DNA from: Candidatus Thorarchaeota archaeon | GTDB taxonomy: Archaea; Asgardarchaeota; Thorarchaeia; Thorarchaeales; Thorarchaeaceae | NCBI GenBank assembly: GCA_016933575.1 | Contig: JAFGAR010000028.1 | Location: 231,672-295,671, forward strand | Direction of reading: 5' to 3' | Length of the DNA stretch: 64,000 nucleotides | Shown here: positions 21,549-29,943 of the stretch, in pieces | Layout of the letters: each line of letters begins with the position of its first letter | Position numbering within the stretch: the first letter of the stretch is position 1 | Notes under the pieces: generated by a model | Seen by the model: only the letters and a program-made list of their open reading frames with translations | Database searches by the model: none | What the model was told of the DNA's origin: nothing | Program-made: the position numbers and the translations under genes

Positions 21549-23501
21549 TTAGGATACTATTTGGAGTACGCCATCTAGGACCAATTTTGTTGCAACAAAT
21601 TTCATTGCAGGAAGACTGACATTAAGTTTCCTCACAACATCCTCCAGTGAGGTCAATCCATCACACAAGTCAACAAATTTTAAAACAACCGGTCCATAGG
21701 CTTTCTCGGTCTCTTCATCCACACGACCAATCTTCTTGAGATAGCTCGTAGGTCCAATCTCGACTTTGAAATCAATCCAACCGTAAAAGTTTAGGATCTG
21801 AAGGCTTCCAATCACAGTTTCACGAGGAAGATCAAGACTACGTACTAGACCACCAACAGTATCGTTCTGTTCAATTGCGCTCTGAACTTCTACAACTGCA
21901 GACCCAACTTTTCGATTATTGAATGGCAATGGTCTGCCAGCCTCACGCGCACGAACAATATAGTCAAGACTAACAGGGCGTAGAGGTACCTTTGATAGGA
22001 CATCAAAGATGGACGACTCAAAGATGGACTGGTCTCCATTCCAGGTCTCCCAAACATCATCAAACTGGTGTTCAATATCGATAAGCAGTGAATTCAAGAT
22101 ACTGCGTTGTTCTTTTTCCTCGCTGTCATTAGTCACAATCAGAGCCATCACGAGATGCTTGGATTTCTCAACCATAACGAGATTTCCTTCATGTTCGATG
22201 GTCTCCAGCGCATTTGTTGAGATGCCATCAGTCTCTCTACCATCGATGCCACCAAAGGAGTCGAGTGCGGAGATAAGAGATGCAATAGCATTCTTGTCAA
22301 TCTCCTCATCAGAATAATTGAGGTGATATACGACCTCTGGGAGACCTTCTTTTGTAACAATAAGCATTAGATGAAGGACCTCAGAATGCTCAGGTACGAC
22401 TTCAGCTACAAGACCAGCATCAGTGGACACCACAGTATCAGTGGTCGGATTGGTCTTGGTAGTTGTCTGTTTTGTTCCTTGTGCCATCTCTGTCGATGTG
22501 CTTCCGGGTTTTAGTCCTGTGGGATCGTACGGTACATCTTCAAAACCAGTCTCTTGAGCCTGAGCTTGTTTCTCGGCTGTTCCGGGTTGCCCCATCTCCT
22601 CGGTACCCCTTCGGACTGTGATCATCTCACTAATAGGTAGGTCAGGAAGAGTGACTCCAACGGTCTTTGCAGCAACTTCAAGCATTAACCTGATGAACTC
22701 TTCACGACGGGTCTTATCTGTTGCAACCATCTGGAACGTTGGTGCTCCAAGCAGTCGTTTGATCTTCTCTGCCTTCATCGACTCAGGAAGGTCCTGTTTG
22801 TTCGCAATAATGAAGAGGGGTACTGCTGGTGCTTCTTTCTTGATATTTCGTAAGAGGGATTTGGTCTGCATGACATTTCTGAAGCTTGAATCAGTGACCA
22901 AGAAGATAACGTCAGTCCCAGAGAAGTAGAAACTCCAGAGATCTTGAAAAACAGCCTGTCCAGCGAAGTCCCAGATTGTTACAAGAAAAGTGCCGAACTG
23001 TATCGTTTCAGACGAGTCTACGGCCACATTGATGGTGGGAGTGTATCCGCCGGGGGCTGGTTCTTTACCGAATAATAGACGTAGCAGAGTAGACTTGCCA
23101 ACACCACCAGAGCCTACAAAGGATATCTTGAACCTTGTGAAGATGAGCTCTCCAAGGATGTCGTCAAGATTGTCGCGAATGTACCCAATACTGTTACCAC
23201 GTAAAGCAATGGAGATTCTTGCAGCACCTTCGCGTACACGATGCTGTATGACTCGGTCCTCATCACGACCATCAGTGACAAAGAGAAGTAGCATCTCACC
23301 ATCCACTTCAGCATGAAAGACCTTGTGTTTTTCAGCGACAAAGACAGGTATATCAGAAGCAAGACCTTCAGTAGTAGTAAGGTCTCGATAGCCTGCAAGG
23401 AAATCACTGATGTCATGTTCAAGAAAGTCGATCTTCCAGAACCTAGTTCGCACTACAACGTTGCCATCATCTTTGCCAATCAGCAATACGTTGTGAATCA
23501 T
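21549..23501 (-). CDS. Longin - Arf/Rab-like small GTPase - linker - longin - tandem winged-helix protein (Asgard eukaryotic-signature type)
   Basis: G1 GSGGVGKST, G2 YTPTI, G3 WDFAGQ, G4 ANKQD, G5 VAT. N-terminal MIHNVLLIGKDDGNVVV and internal LHLMLIVTKEGLPEVVY ... IASLISALDSF are longin-like; two C-terminal HTH-like repeats. Confidence 0.85.
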   Translation of the reverse strand: MIHNVLLIGKDDGNVVVRTRFWKIDFLEHDISDFLAGYRDLTTTEGLASDIPVFVAEKHKVFHAEVDGEMLLLFVTDGRDEDRVIQHRVREGAARISIALRGNSIGYIRDNLDDILGELIFTRFKISFVGSGGVGKSTLLRLLFGKEPAPGGYTPTINVAVDSSETIQFGTFLVTIWDFAGQAVFQDLWSFYFSGTDVIFLVTDSSFRNVMQTKSLLRNIKKEAPAVPLFIIANKQDLPESMKAEKIKRLLGAPTFQMVATDKTRREEFIRLMLEVAAKTVGVTLPDLPISEMITVRRGTEEMGQPGTAEKQAQAQETGFEDVPYDPTGLKPGSTSTEMAQGTKQTTTKTNPTTDTVVSTDAGLVAEVVPEHSEVLHLMLIVTKEGLPEVVYHLNYSDEEIDKNAIASLISALDSFGGIDGRETDGISTNALETIEHEGNLVMVEKSKHLVMALIVTNDSEEKEQRSILNSLLIDIEHQFDDVWETWNGDQSIFESSIFDVLSKVPLRPVSLDYIVRAREAGRPLPFNNRKVGSAVVEVQSAIEQNDTVGGLVRSLDLPRETVIGSLQILNFYGWIDFKVEIGPTSYLKKIGRVDEETEKAYGPVVLKFVDLCDGLTSLEDVVRKLNVSLPAMKFVATKLVLDGVLQIVS

Positions 23502-23584
23502 CTATTTCTCACGCTCTATGTTCAAGAATTCCTCATTATTCTAGGTTATCTATCTTTCTCGCTCGTTTCAAGCTTATTATGTTA

Positions 23585-25288
23585 TCATTTCTCCTTTAGA
23601 GAAACAAATCCTCGTTTATGCAACTCAGCGAAGACTTTGACAAGCACGCTGGGCTGCACTCCCATTGCATTTGATATACTCTGGATAGTTACTTCACCAT
23701 CAACGAACTTCAATATTTCTTCTAGGTTGGCATAGAGTGCCAGTGTTTCTTCATCAGTCTCCTTGATTAATGTTGGTACGTCATCTATTGAAACTCTAAG
23801 CTGGCAATCGATTGCATCCAATCTCTTGAGAAGATGAATGGCTCCAAGGATTAATTCGGGACCTTTTCCAGGTGCCAGACGAGCCATCGTAATTGACCCA
23901 TCCAATCGGGTCCACACAGCTTCGAGGAAATCCCCAACAGAAGCGTGTTCAAACCTGTCCCAGACAAGAGCTCGTTTTTGCCGTGGGGCTACTCTTTTTG
24001 GTATGTCTTCTGGAGGAAGTGTTGCCAGTAATTTTATGGTGAAGAGAGGCGACCTGAACAGGTCAGTCGGATCTTCCGAGACCTCAGGAACCTCATCAGT
24101 GAACAACTCTGGGAGGAATGAGAATCGTGTACGAAGAGACTCTACATCAGCATCCTTTCCAGTGATTAGAGTAAAGACATATTCATCACGTTCAATCGTA
24201 ATATAGCTCAGATCACCCGTTCTGAAGACCGAGGTCTCTGCGGATTTAGAGGTATCAATCCTGAAGGAGGTTATAGCGGCGACAATGTTTGGGGACATTT
24301 CAAGAAATCGTGAACGCTCCTGATAGTAGTAGCTATACGCAGCTTCACCAGTTCGTTTATCCACAACAAAGAAGGCTTGATGTCCGATGTCTTCTTCGAC
24401 CTCTTCTTTTTCCTCTAGCAGTTCGCTCTCCAGGTCCTCAAGTATCCACTTCTCACGGGCAAGTTCAGGATGTACATCACTGAAACCACCGTAAGCCATC
24501 ACCGAGAGAAGAAGCGACATGGGTTTGGGTGAAACAGAATCGCACAGATCAACACCATAACGTATCTCAAGGTCACGTGTAGTATCAAGATCCCTATCAG
24601 AACCAGGTACAACAATGATTCTTGCAGCAGACTCACTTCGAAGGCGCAAGACTACTTCTTGGATTGTATCACCCGCAGACATCTTAGAGTTCACAACTAG
24701 TGCAAATACATCCACTGATGACAGAAGTTCATTCCAGGCGATTTTGATAAGTTCTTTGAACGACATTTGGATTGCCTTGACTGAGAAGGGACCGATAGCT
24801 ATAGAGTCAGTCAGTACACTTCCGTTAGGCCGCTTGATGGACATTAGAGAATCAACTGCAATTGCTGACATGTTATCAGCAAATGATTCTGATTGTGTCA
24901 CGAAACAGATTCTCAAGGGAGTTCGCAACTCAGCCTCAGCGTCTTCAATAAAATCACCTTTGAAATCTCGAACTGAAGAGGTGTCTACTTCCTTTGTCAC
25001 AATTTTCTGTACAGATTGAATTCTAGTTATCTCATCATCAGAAAAAACATCAGAGTCACTTATAGTAATGATAATCGTTACATCATTTATCTTACCAATT
25101 GCTACTGCGTGTTGATGTACCTTGGTGAGTATGAATGGTTGAGTTGATTCTTCTTGGACTAATGTGTAGTATTCTTCAACTACTGTCAGTAGAAAATCTT
25201 CTGACAATTCCTCTTTCATGAATGATAGTGATGCAAGTACCTTAGACCCAAGCAAGTCATAGAGGAGTGTACTAGCTATCACGACCAT
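23585..25288 (-). CDS. Paralog of the neighbouring GTPase protein with a degenerate (pseudo-)GTPase domain: longin - pseudoG - longin - wH - wH
   Basis: LRICFVTQSESFAD aligns with FKISFVGSGGVGKS, DSIAIGPFSVKAIQ with ETIQFGTFLVTIWD, and WNELLSSVDVFALVVNS with WSFYFSGTDVIFLVTDS. Second longin AFFVVDKRTGEAAYSYYY; tail repeats LDGSITMARLA and VDGEVTIQSIS. Confidence 0.75.
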   Translation of the reverse strand: MVVIASTLLYDLLGSKVLASLSFMKEELSEDFLLTVVEEYYTLVQEESTQPFILTKVHQHAVAIGKINDVTIIITISDSDVFSDDEITRIQSVQKIVTKEVDTSSVRDFKGDFIEDAEAELRTPLRICFVTQSESFADNMSAIAVDSLMSIKRPNGSVLTDSIAIGPFSVKAIQMSFKELIKIAWNELLSSVDVFALVVNSKMSAGDTIQEVVLRLRSESAARIIVVPGSDRDLDTTRDLEIRYGVDLCDSVSPKPMSLLLSVMAYGGFSDVHPELAREKWILEDLESELLEEKEEVEEDIGHQAFFVVDKRTGEAAYSYYYQERSRFLEMSPNIVAAITSFRIDTSKSAETSVFRTGDLSYITIERDEYVFTLITGKDADVESLRTRFSFLPELFTDEVPEVSEDPTDLFRSPLFTIKLLATLPPEDIPKRVAPRQKRALVWDRFEHASVGDFLEAVWTRLDGSITMARLAPGKGPELILGAIHLLKRLDAIDCQLRVSIDDVPTLIKETDEETLALYANLEEILKFVDGEVTIQSISNAMGVQPSVLVKVFAELHKRGFVSLKEK

Positions 25289-25344
25289 GAGACCTCTCGA
25301 AAGTTCCCTAATACTGTATGCTATTCTATGGAGCTGCGTATTGA

Positions 25345-26640
25345 TTAATCAACCTTGTTTGCCTTTCTCCTTTTCACTAGCTCTTCAAATGGAATCATCC
25401 CTCTCATGAAACACTGATAATCGGATGTAGTCCATGAGGAATTATAATCCATGACATCAGAGCCTCCACCTGATGAGATCTTAGGGAGATCAGAAATGGC
25501 TTCGAACACACTGATTGGATGAGAGAGACCATTCTCTTCAGGCTGGGCACTCTCTCTTGTTTTCCGTGACACAATTCGAGCGAAGCAGCTATCCGGTTTC
25601 TCAATAACTTCATTATTCCTATTTGCTAGAATGAATACACGCTTTCTACGTTGAGGTACTCCGTATTCTTCTGCATGTAAGAGGAATGCTCTGGTCCGGT
25701 ATCCTTCCTTCTCAAATGAATCTAATAGAGACTCCAATACTCTTCCGTGTTGCATCCATCGTATACCTGGAACATTCTCTAGGATCACATTCTCAGGTTG
25801 CAGAGTATGGATTAACTCTATCATTTTAAACACGAGAGAATTACGTGAATCTGTGTGATTCCACTTTCCTGCAGTCGAGAAGCCTTGACAAGGGGGACCA
25901 CCTGCTAGTAAGTTCAATGTCCGTCCATGCAGTTCTGTTTCAATGATGTGGATAAGTTCTATAATGCCTTCTATGCTTGAGAGGTCGAGTTGTTTAGTCA
26001 ATGTGTGTGGATGATTATATCGATACGTCTCGCACATGTGGGCATTGAAATCGGAAGCTAGAACAATTCGATGACCTGTTGCCTGCAGACCTTCGGATAG
26101 ACCCCCAGCTCCACAAAAGACATCAACGCTCAAACCTTTCTTTCTAATCCTGTCGCTAACCGCTCTTGCAAGAAGAGGCGGTACTGCATTCCCTATCTGT
26201 TTGAACCGCGAACTAAAACTTCCAAGGAATCTATATGAATCAGGAAAGGACTGTAACCGCGCAGCCTCTCGTTGAGATATTAGTCGGTCTTGCATTGGGT
26301 GAATAAAGGAACCGTTCCCAGGTCTGTTGAAATAGGTATTTACCGTGTAGGAGGGCAGGTTACCATCCAGTCGCCCGTAGTAGGTGGTACGTCCACCAGA
26401 ATTTTTAATTTGAGTAAGGCGAGCTGATTTTGCGATAGTTGCTTCAGGTATGTCCTTCCAATTGCCGCCAGATGGTACAGATTGTAAAATCTCCATATCA
26501 AGTTCGCTGAGTGTAGAGCAAATGTGATTGAATAGAATCTTCTCTAGTTCAAGTTTCTGTTCAGAAGTAGAGATAGTACCATTATTCACACACAGTGTTT
26601 TACGACATGCTTTGAAAGTCTTTCCACAACAGATCTTCAA
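25345..26640 (-). CDS. Circularly permuted DNA (cytosine-5)-methyltransferase, Alw26I/Eco31I/Esp3I type
   Basis: Motifs IX-X (RLISQREAARLQSFPD, QIGNAVPPLLA) precede motif I (VFCGAGG), IV (GGPPCQGFS), VI (ENV) and VIII (QRRKR). Start codon uncertain. Confidence 0.9.
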   Translation of the reverse strand: MKICCGKTFKACRKTLCVNNGTISTSEQKLELEKILFNHICSTLSELDMEILQSVPSGGNWKDIPEATIAKSARLTQIKNSGGRTTYYGRLDGNLPSYTVNTYFNRPGNGSFIHPMQDRLISQREAARLQSFPDSYRFLGSFSSRFKQIGNAVPPLLARAVSDRIRKKGLSVDVFCGAGGLSEGLQATGHRIVLASDFNAHMCETYRYNHPHTLTKQLDLSSIEGIIELIHIIETELHGRTLNLLAGGPPCQGFSTAGKWNHTDSRNSLVFKMIELIHTLQPENVILENVPGIRWMQHGRVLESLLDSFEKEGYRTRAFLLHAEEYGVPQRRKRVFILANRNNEVIEKPDSCFARIVSRKTRESAQPEENGLSHPISVFEAISDLPKISSGGGSDVMDYNSSWTTSDYQCFMRGMIPFEELVKRRKANKVD

Positions 26641-26655
26641 TATCTAAACTTCAAA

Positions 26656-28893
26656 CTAGGATAGTTCAGAAAAAGCTCTAAGGATTCGACGGCATTCCTC
26701 ATCGGGGGCTCTACGGTATCGAAGTATCAATTCTACTTCTTTATTATTGAATCCATAGAGGGAGAAGACAACAGCTTCCAAATTTGGAGAGGGACGGGTC
26801 GGATCGGATTTCTGTTTAGCTACTTCTTTTAACATCAAATTTCGGAGACCTCGTTGTTCTCTCCACGGTAGTATGATTGGGAGATTCTGGAGTTCGCGAA
26901 TGGACACATGGTTATTGGAATTACTGACCTGAAATCTCCAATTCAATAATTCCGAATTCAAAAGACCGAGGACAAAGTCAAGCGTTTTAGCATCAGGAGG
27001 TGTTACAAGGAGATAGTTACATGAATTAGCCAAGATGGTAGGAGGCGAAATGGATGCAAATTTCAGTCGCCATCTCTGACCCATATTTGAAACCTGTTGA
27101 CACGCAATTCGATTCATCCCTATGTGATTGGCACGTTCAGAACTATTAAGGCGGTTAAGAAATTCATCAAGATTAACAAATTGAGATTCATGAGTGCTTT
27201 CTAGTTGAGTAAAACGTGAGATATTAGATCCACGGACTAATCTAATACCTGTGTTATTCGAAGTCATGAACTTCTTATCAATAGTAAGGTCCAATTCTCC
27301 ACGACGAATAAGCACTGATTCCAGAGAGAGCAAGCTGGGATGAGTGTGCATTTTTCTTAGGAGCTTAAACCCAGAGGCATCAATCCGGGGAATTACTAGG
27401 GATGCTCCCATAGACCTTGAGATGTCATCTAGAGATATCTTGAAACTATCGCGTTTCGTAGAAACCCGACAAATAGGCTGGTTGAATCCAATATCAATGG
27501 ACTCTGTCGTACCACCTCTTGTAAAGGTGAGAATTGAAACGGATTGTGTCACATTGGGGAAGATTCGGGATGTTTCGGGAAATTCATCAATACTCTCTAA
27601 TGAATTGTGTAAGAGGAGGTTTCTTCTGAGAGCTTGAGCTGAAATATCACATAGGATGTTAGAAGGCACAATGCAGCCAATTTTGCCACCTTCTTTTATG
27701 AGTTGCAAAGCTCGCTCAATGAAGAGCTGGTAGGTATTTACAGTGTAGCTGGTGGAAAGTGGGTATTCGTTAGATTTTCGAAAGAAGTGGAGGAGTCTCT
27801 TTATTTCATCCTTGTATGCGACATAAAGATCTGTATGAATCTCTTTGTCCCCTTGAAGGAGACGTTCTCTCATGAACTCTGCAAGGTTTGGCTTTAACCG
27901 TTCATAAGGTGGATTCATGATAATGAAATCGAAACCACCATTATCTCTATTGAAGACCTCTGGAAATTCCTCCTTCCACTCAAAGGGATACCTGTTTTTA
28001 AGATTCGTGAAGTATTTCTGATTCTCAGAAAGTCCATCTAGACCGTATCTTGAAATTAGCGAGTTCCCATTCCTAAGTGCGGCTTTCAAATGAATTCTAC
28101 TGAGTGACGAGGATTTTGGGGCATTTATTAATTTCAACGAAATATTCGCTACTTCTATTGCACCAGAATCAAGATCGACACCATAGAGTGATGGTCCAAC
28201 ATTCTCAAAGAGATTATTCAAATCGGGTACGGATGAGCCAGTAGTTGTAGCTACTTTAATTCCCTGTTCCACTGCATCTTGAAGAGCTAAGGATGTTGAT
28301 ATTAGAAATGCCCCAGTACCACAGGCGGGATCTAGAATTTTAAGCGACAAGATGTCTTGAATTGCTGGAAGACCTTTTTTCTTAATCTTCGAAATAAAGG
28401 TCTTTAATCGTGGTTCCAGTGTCAATGATACAATGTAATCCGCAACGATGAATGGTGTGTAGTATGCTCCAAGTGACCTCTGTCTGGATGGCTTCTTTTG
28501 AGATACTGGCAGTCGATACGATCCAATAGAGTGAAGCCTTCCTAAAAGATCAACAAAGTCCCGAATTGAGAGACCTTCAATTTGCGCTCGTATATCCAGA
28601 GTGGTATTGTTGATCATCTCCTGAACAAGATCAATGACCTGGTTTTTGTCAAGGCCTCTTCGCTCTCCTTCATAGGATAGAGATGTACATGCCAGCTCCT
28701 CAGATTCAGGCCCGGAGTGACTGCGTTCTAATCTGCCTCTTAAGACCCAATTCAAGGCGGAAAGTCTAGATGCGTCGATTGTCATTCTTGTGTCATCAGA
28801 CGAAATGCTTGTAGCATAATGATGGAAACCACTAATAATTGCCCATGCAAGAGTATCCAAATCGGTTTCCATAATGACTCCTCTATAGGTCAT
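26656..28893 (-). CDS. N6-adenine DNA methyltransferase, Alw26I/Eco31I/Esp3I type
   Basis: GAYYTP, ILDPACGTGAFL, FDFIIMNPPY; C-terminal CQQVSNM ... RLKFA ... NSCNY ... LNWRF ... SNNHVS. Confidence 0.9.
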   Translation of the reverse strand: MTYRGVIMETDLDTLAWAIISGFHHYATSISSDDTRMTIDASRLSALNWVLRGRLERSHSGPESEELACTSLSYEGERRGLDKNQVIDLVQEMINNTTLDIRAQIEGLSIRDFVDLLGRLHSIGSYRLPVSQKKPSRQRSLGAYYTPFIVADYIVSLTLEPRLKTFISKIKKKGLPAIQDILSLKILDPACGTGAFLISTSLALQDAVEQGIKVATTTGSSVPDLNNLFENVGPSLYGVDLDSGAIEVANISLKLINAPKSSSLSRIHLKAALRNGNSLISRYGLDGLSENQKYFTNLKNRYPFEWKEEFPEVFNRDNGGFDFIIMNPPYERLKPNLAEFMRERLLQGDKEIHTDLYVAYKDEIKRLLHFFRKSNEYPLSTSYTVNTYQLFIERALQLIKEGGKIGCIVPSNILCDISAQALRRNLLLHNSLESIDEFPETSRIFPNVTQSVSILTFTRGGTTESIDIGFNQPICRVSTKRDSFKISLDDISRSMGASLVIPRIDASGFKLLRKMHTHPSLLSLESVLIRRGELDLTIDKKFMTSNNTGIRLVRGSNISRFTQLESTHESQFVNLDEFLNRLNSSERANHIGMNRIACQQVSNMGQRWRLKFASISPPTILANSCNYLLVTPPDAKTLDFVLGLLNSELLNWRFQVSNSNNHVSIRELQNLPIILPWREQRGLRNLMLKEVAKQKSDPTRPSPNLEAVVFSLYGFNNKEVELILRYRRAPDEECRRILRAFSELS

Positions 28894-28974
28894 AACGAGT
28901 CCCAGAAAGATGTTGTGTTTGAAAGGTCTGTCTATGCCAGCGGAAATAATAGGAAGCTTGTACTTCTACAGAGT

Positions 28975-29763
28975 ATGGTTTCAGAGAGTGAGATTGCAGA
29001 GTATGAACTAATGGCTTCAGACTTCTGGCCTGCTAAAGAAGTGCACATGTATCGCAGATGGATTCTCTTTTGGGATAATGGTATCACTTGGAGGGCTAAT
29101 AGTGTACTACCATATGGAGGCTTAGATGGCATTACGCTTGATGAAGCAATAGAGTATGTTATCGAATTCTACCAGACAAGACGCACTCCTCCAGCATTCA
29201 AATTAACAGATGCCTGCCGTCCAGAAGGATTGGATGCAGCCCTCACTCAAAAAGGATTTACGAAACATATGATCACTCTTTTTCAAACAGCTCAAATCGG
29301 TGAAATTTCCTGTTCAATCCCCCGCATTGAAGTTGATATCTTTCAAGTGACTGAGCAATCTCTTACAGACCTGTTCTACAAAACTGGCTTTGAAAAGAAG
29401 ATGATAGATGTAAGAAGAGGCATTATTGAGAGAATCGAGGGTCACAAGTGCATTGCAAGAGTGAAAATACACGGGAATATTGCAGGGTTAGGTCTGGGGG
29501 TTGTTCAGGATGAATGGCTGGGTCTATTTTCAATAAGGACACTCCCTGAGTATCGAGGAAAGGGTGTTGCTTGGTCTGTGACATGTGCCCTTGCTATCTG
29601 GGCAGAGGATCTCGGTGCAAAGAATGCCTTCCTTCAAGTTGAAGCAGAAAACAAACCAGCAATTGCCTTGTACGAATCTATGGGTTTTGAAACCCTGTAT
29701 GAGTACTGGTATCGAATCTTAGAGAATGAACCGGGTAGTCACATCACGAGTACTCACTGCTAG
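28975..29763 (+). CDS. GNAT-family N-acetyltransferase
   Basis: RANSV, TLPEYRGKGVA and FLQVEAENKPAIALYESMGF motifs. ATG 28975 avoids overlap with the divergent MTase. Confidence 0.85.
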   Translation: MVSESEIAEYELMASDFWPAKEVHMYRRWILFWDNGITWRANSVLPYGGLDGITLDEAIEYVIEFYQTRRTPPAFKLTDACRPEGLDAALTQKGFTKHMITLFQTAQIGEISCSIPRIEVDIFQVTEQSLTDLFYKTGFEKKMIDVRRGIIERIEGHKCIARVKIHGNIAGLGLGVVQDEWLGLFSIRTLPEYRGKGVAWSVTCALAIWAEDLGAKNAFLQVEAENKPAIALYESMGFETLYEYWYRILENEPGSHITSTHC

Positions 29764-29840
29764 AGTCAGTCTTTAAAGGAAATTAGAATGTATCTTGAGT
29801 ACAAAGGATGAACATGGAATCATACCTTGTGATAAATGAT

Positions 29841-29898
29841 TGACAATTTGGTCACTGTGATGGTCATTATTGACCAGAAAGTCAATAGATAGTGACCA
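29841..29898. promoter_or_regulatory. Cluster of TGAC/GTCA inverted-repeat sites upstream of tldD-pmbA
   Basis: TGGTCA-ttat-TGACCA (29861-29876); TGAC-N6-GTCA at 29841-29854 and 29871-29884; a further TGACCA at 29893. Confidence 0.5.
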
Positions 29899-29943
29899 GT
29901 TGAGGATAGTATAGATTATAAAATTGACAGAGGTTTCAGACTA

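Noticed and set aside
21890-25019. Plus-strand and alternative-frame ORFs over the longin-GTPase genes
   Set aside because: Antisense shadows with Ser-rich, motif-free translations.
26641-26658. Pyrrolysine-type read-through of the two in-frame TAG codons between the MTases
   Set aside because: TAG is an ordinary stop for many clear genes here (kbl, nadA, pmbA, flavodoxin), two read-throughs would be needed, and no pyl genes are visible.
28819-28974. Apparent head-to-head overlap of the GNAT and N6-MTase ORFs
   Set aside because: An artefact of longest-ORF calling; ATG 28975 removes the overlap. The same applies to the 5' extensions at 32727, 18240 and 58498.
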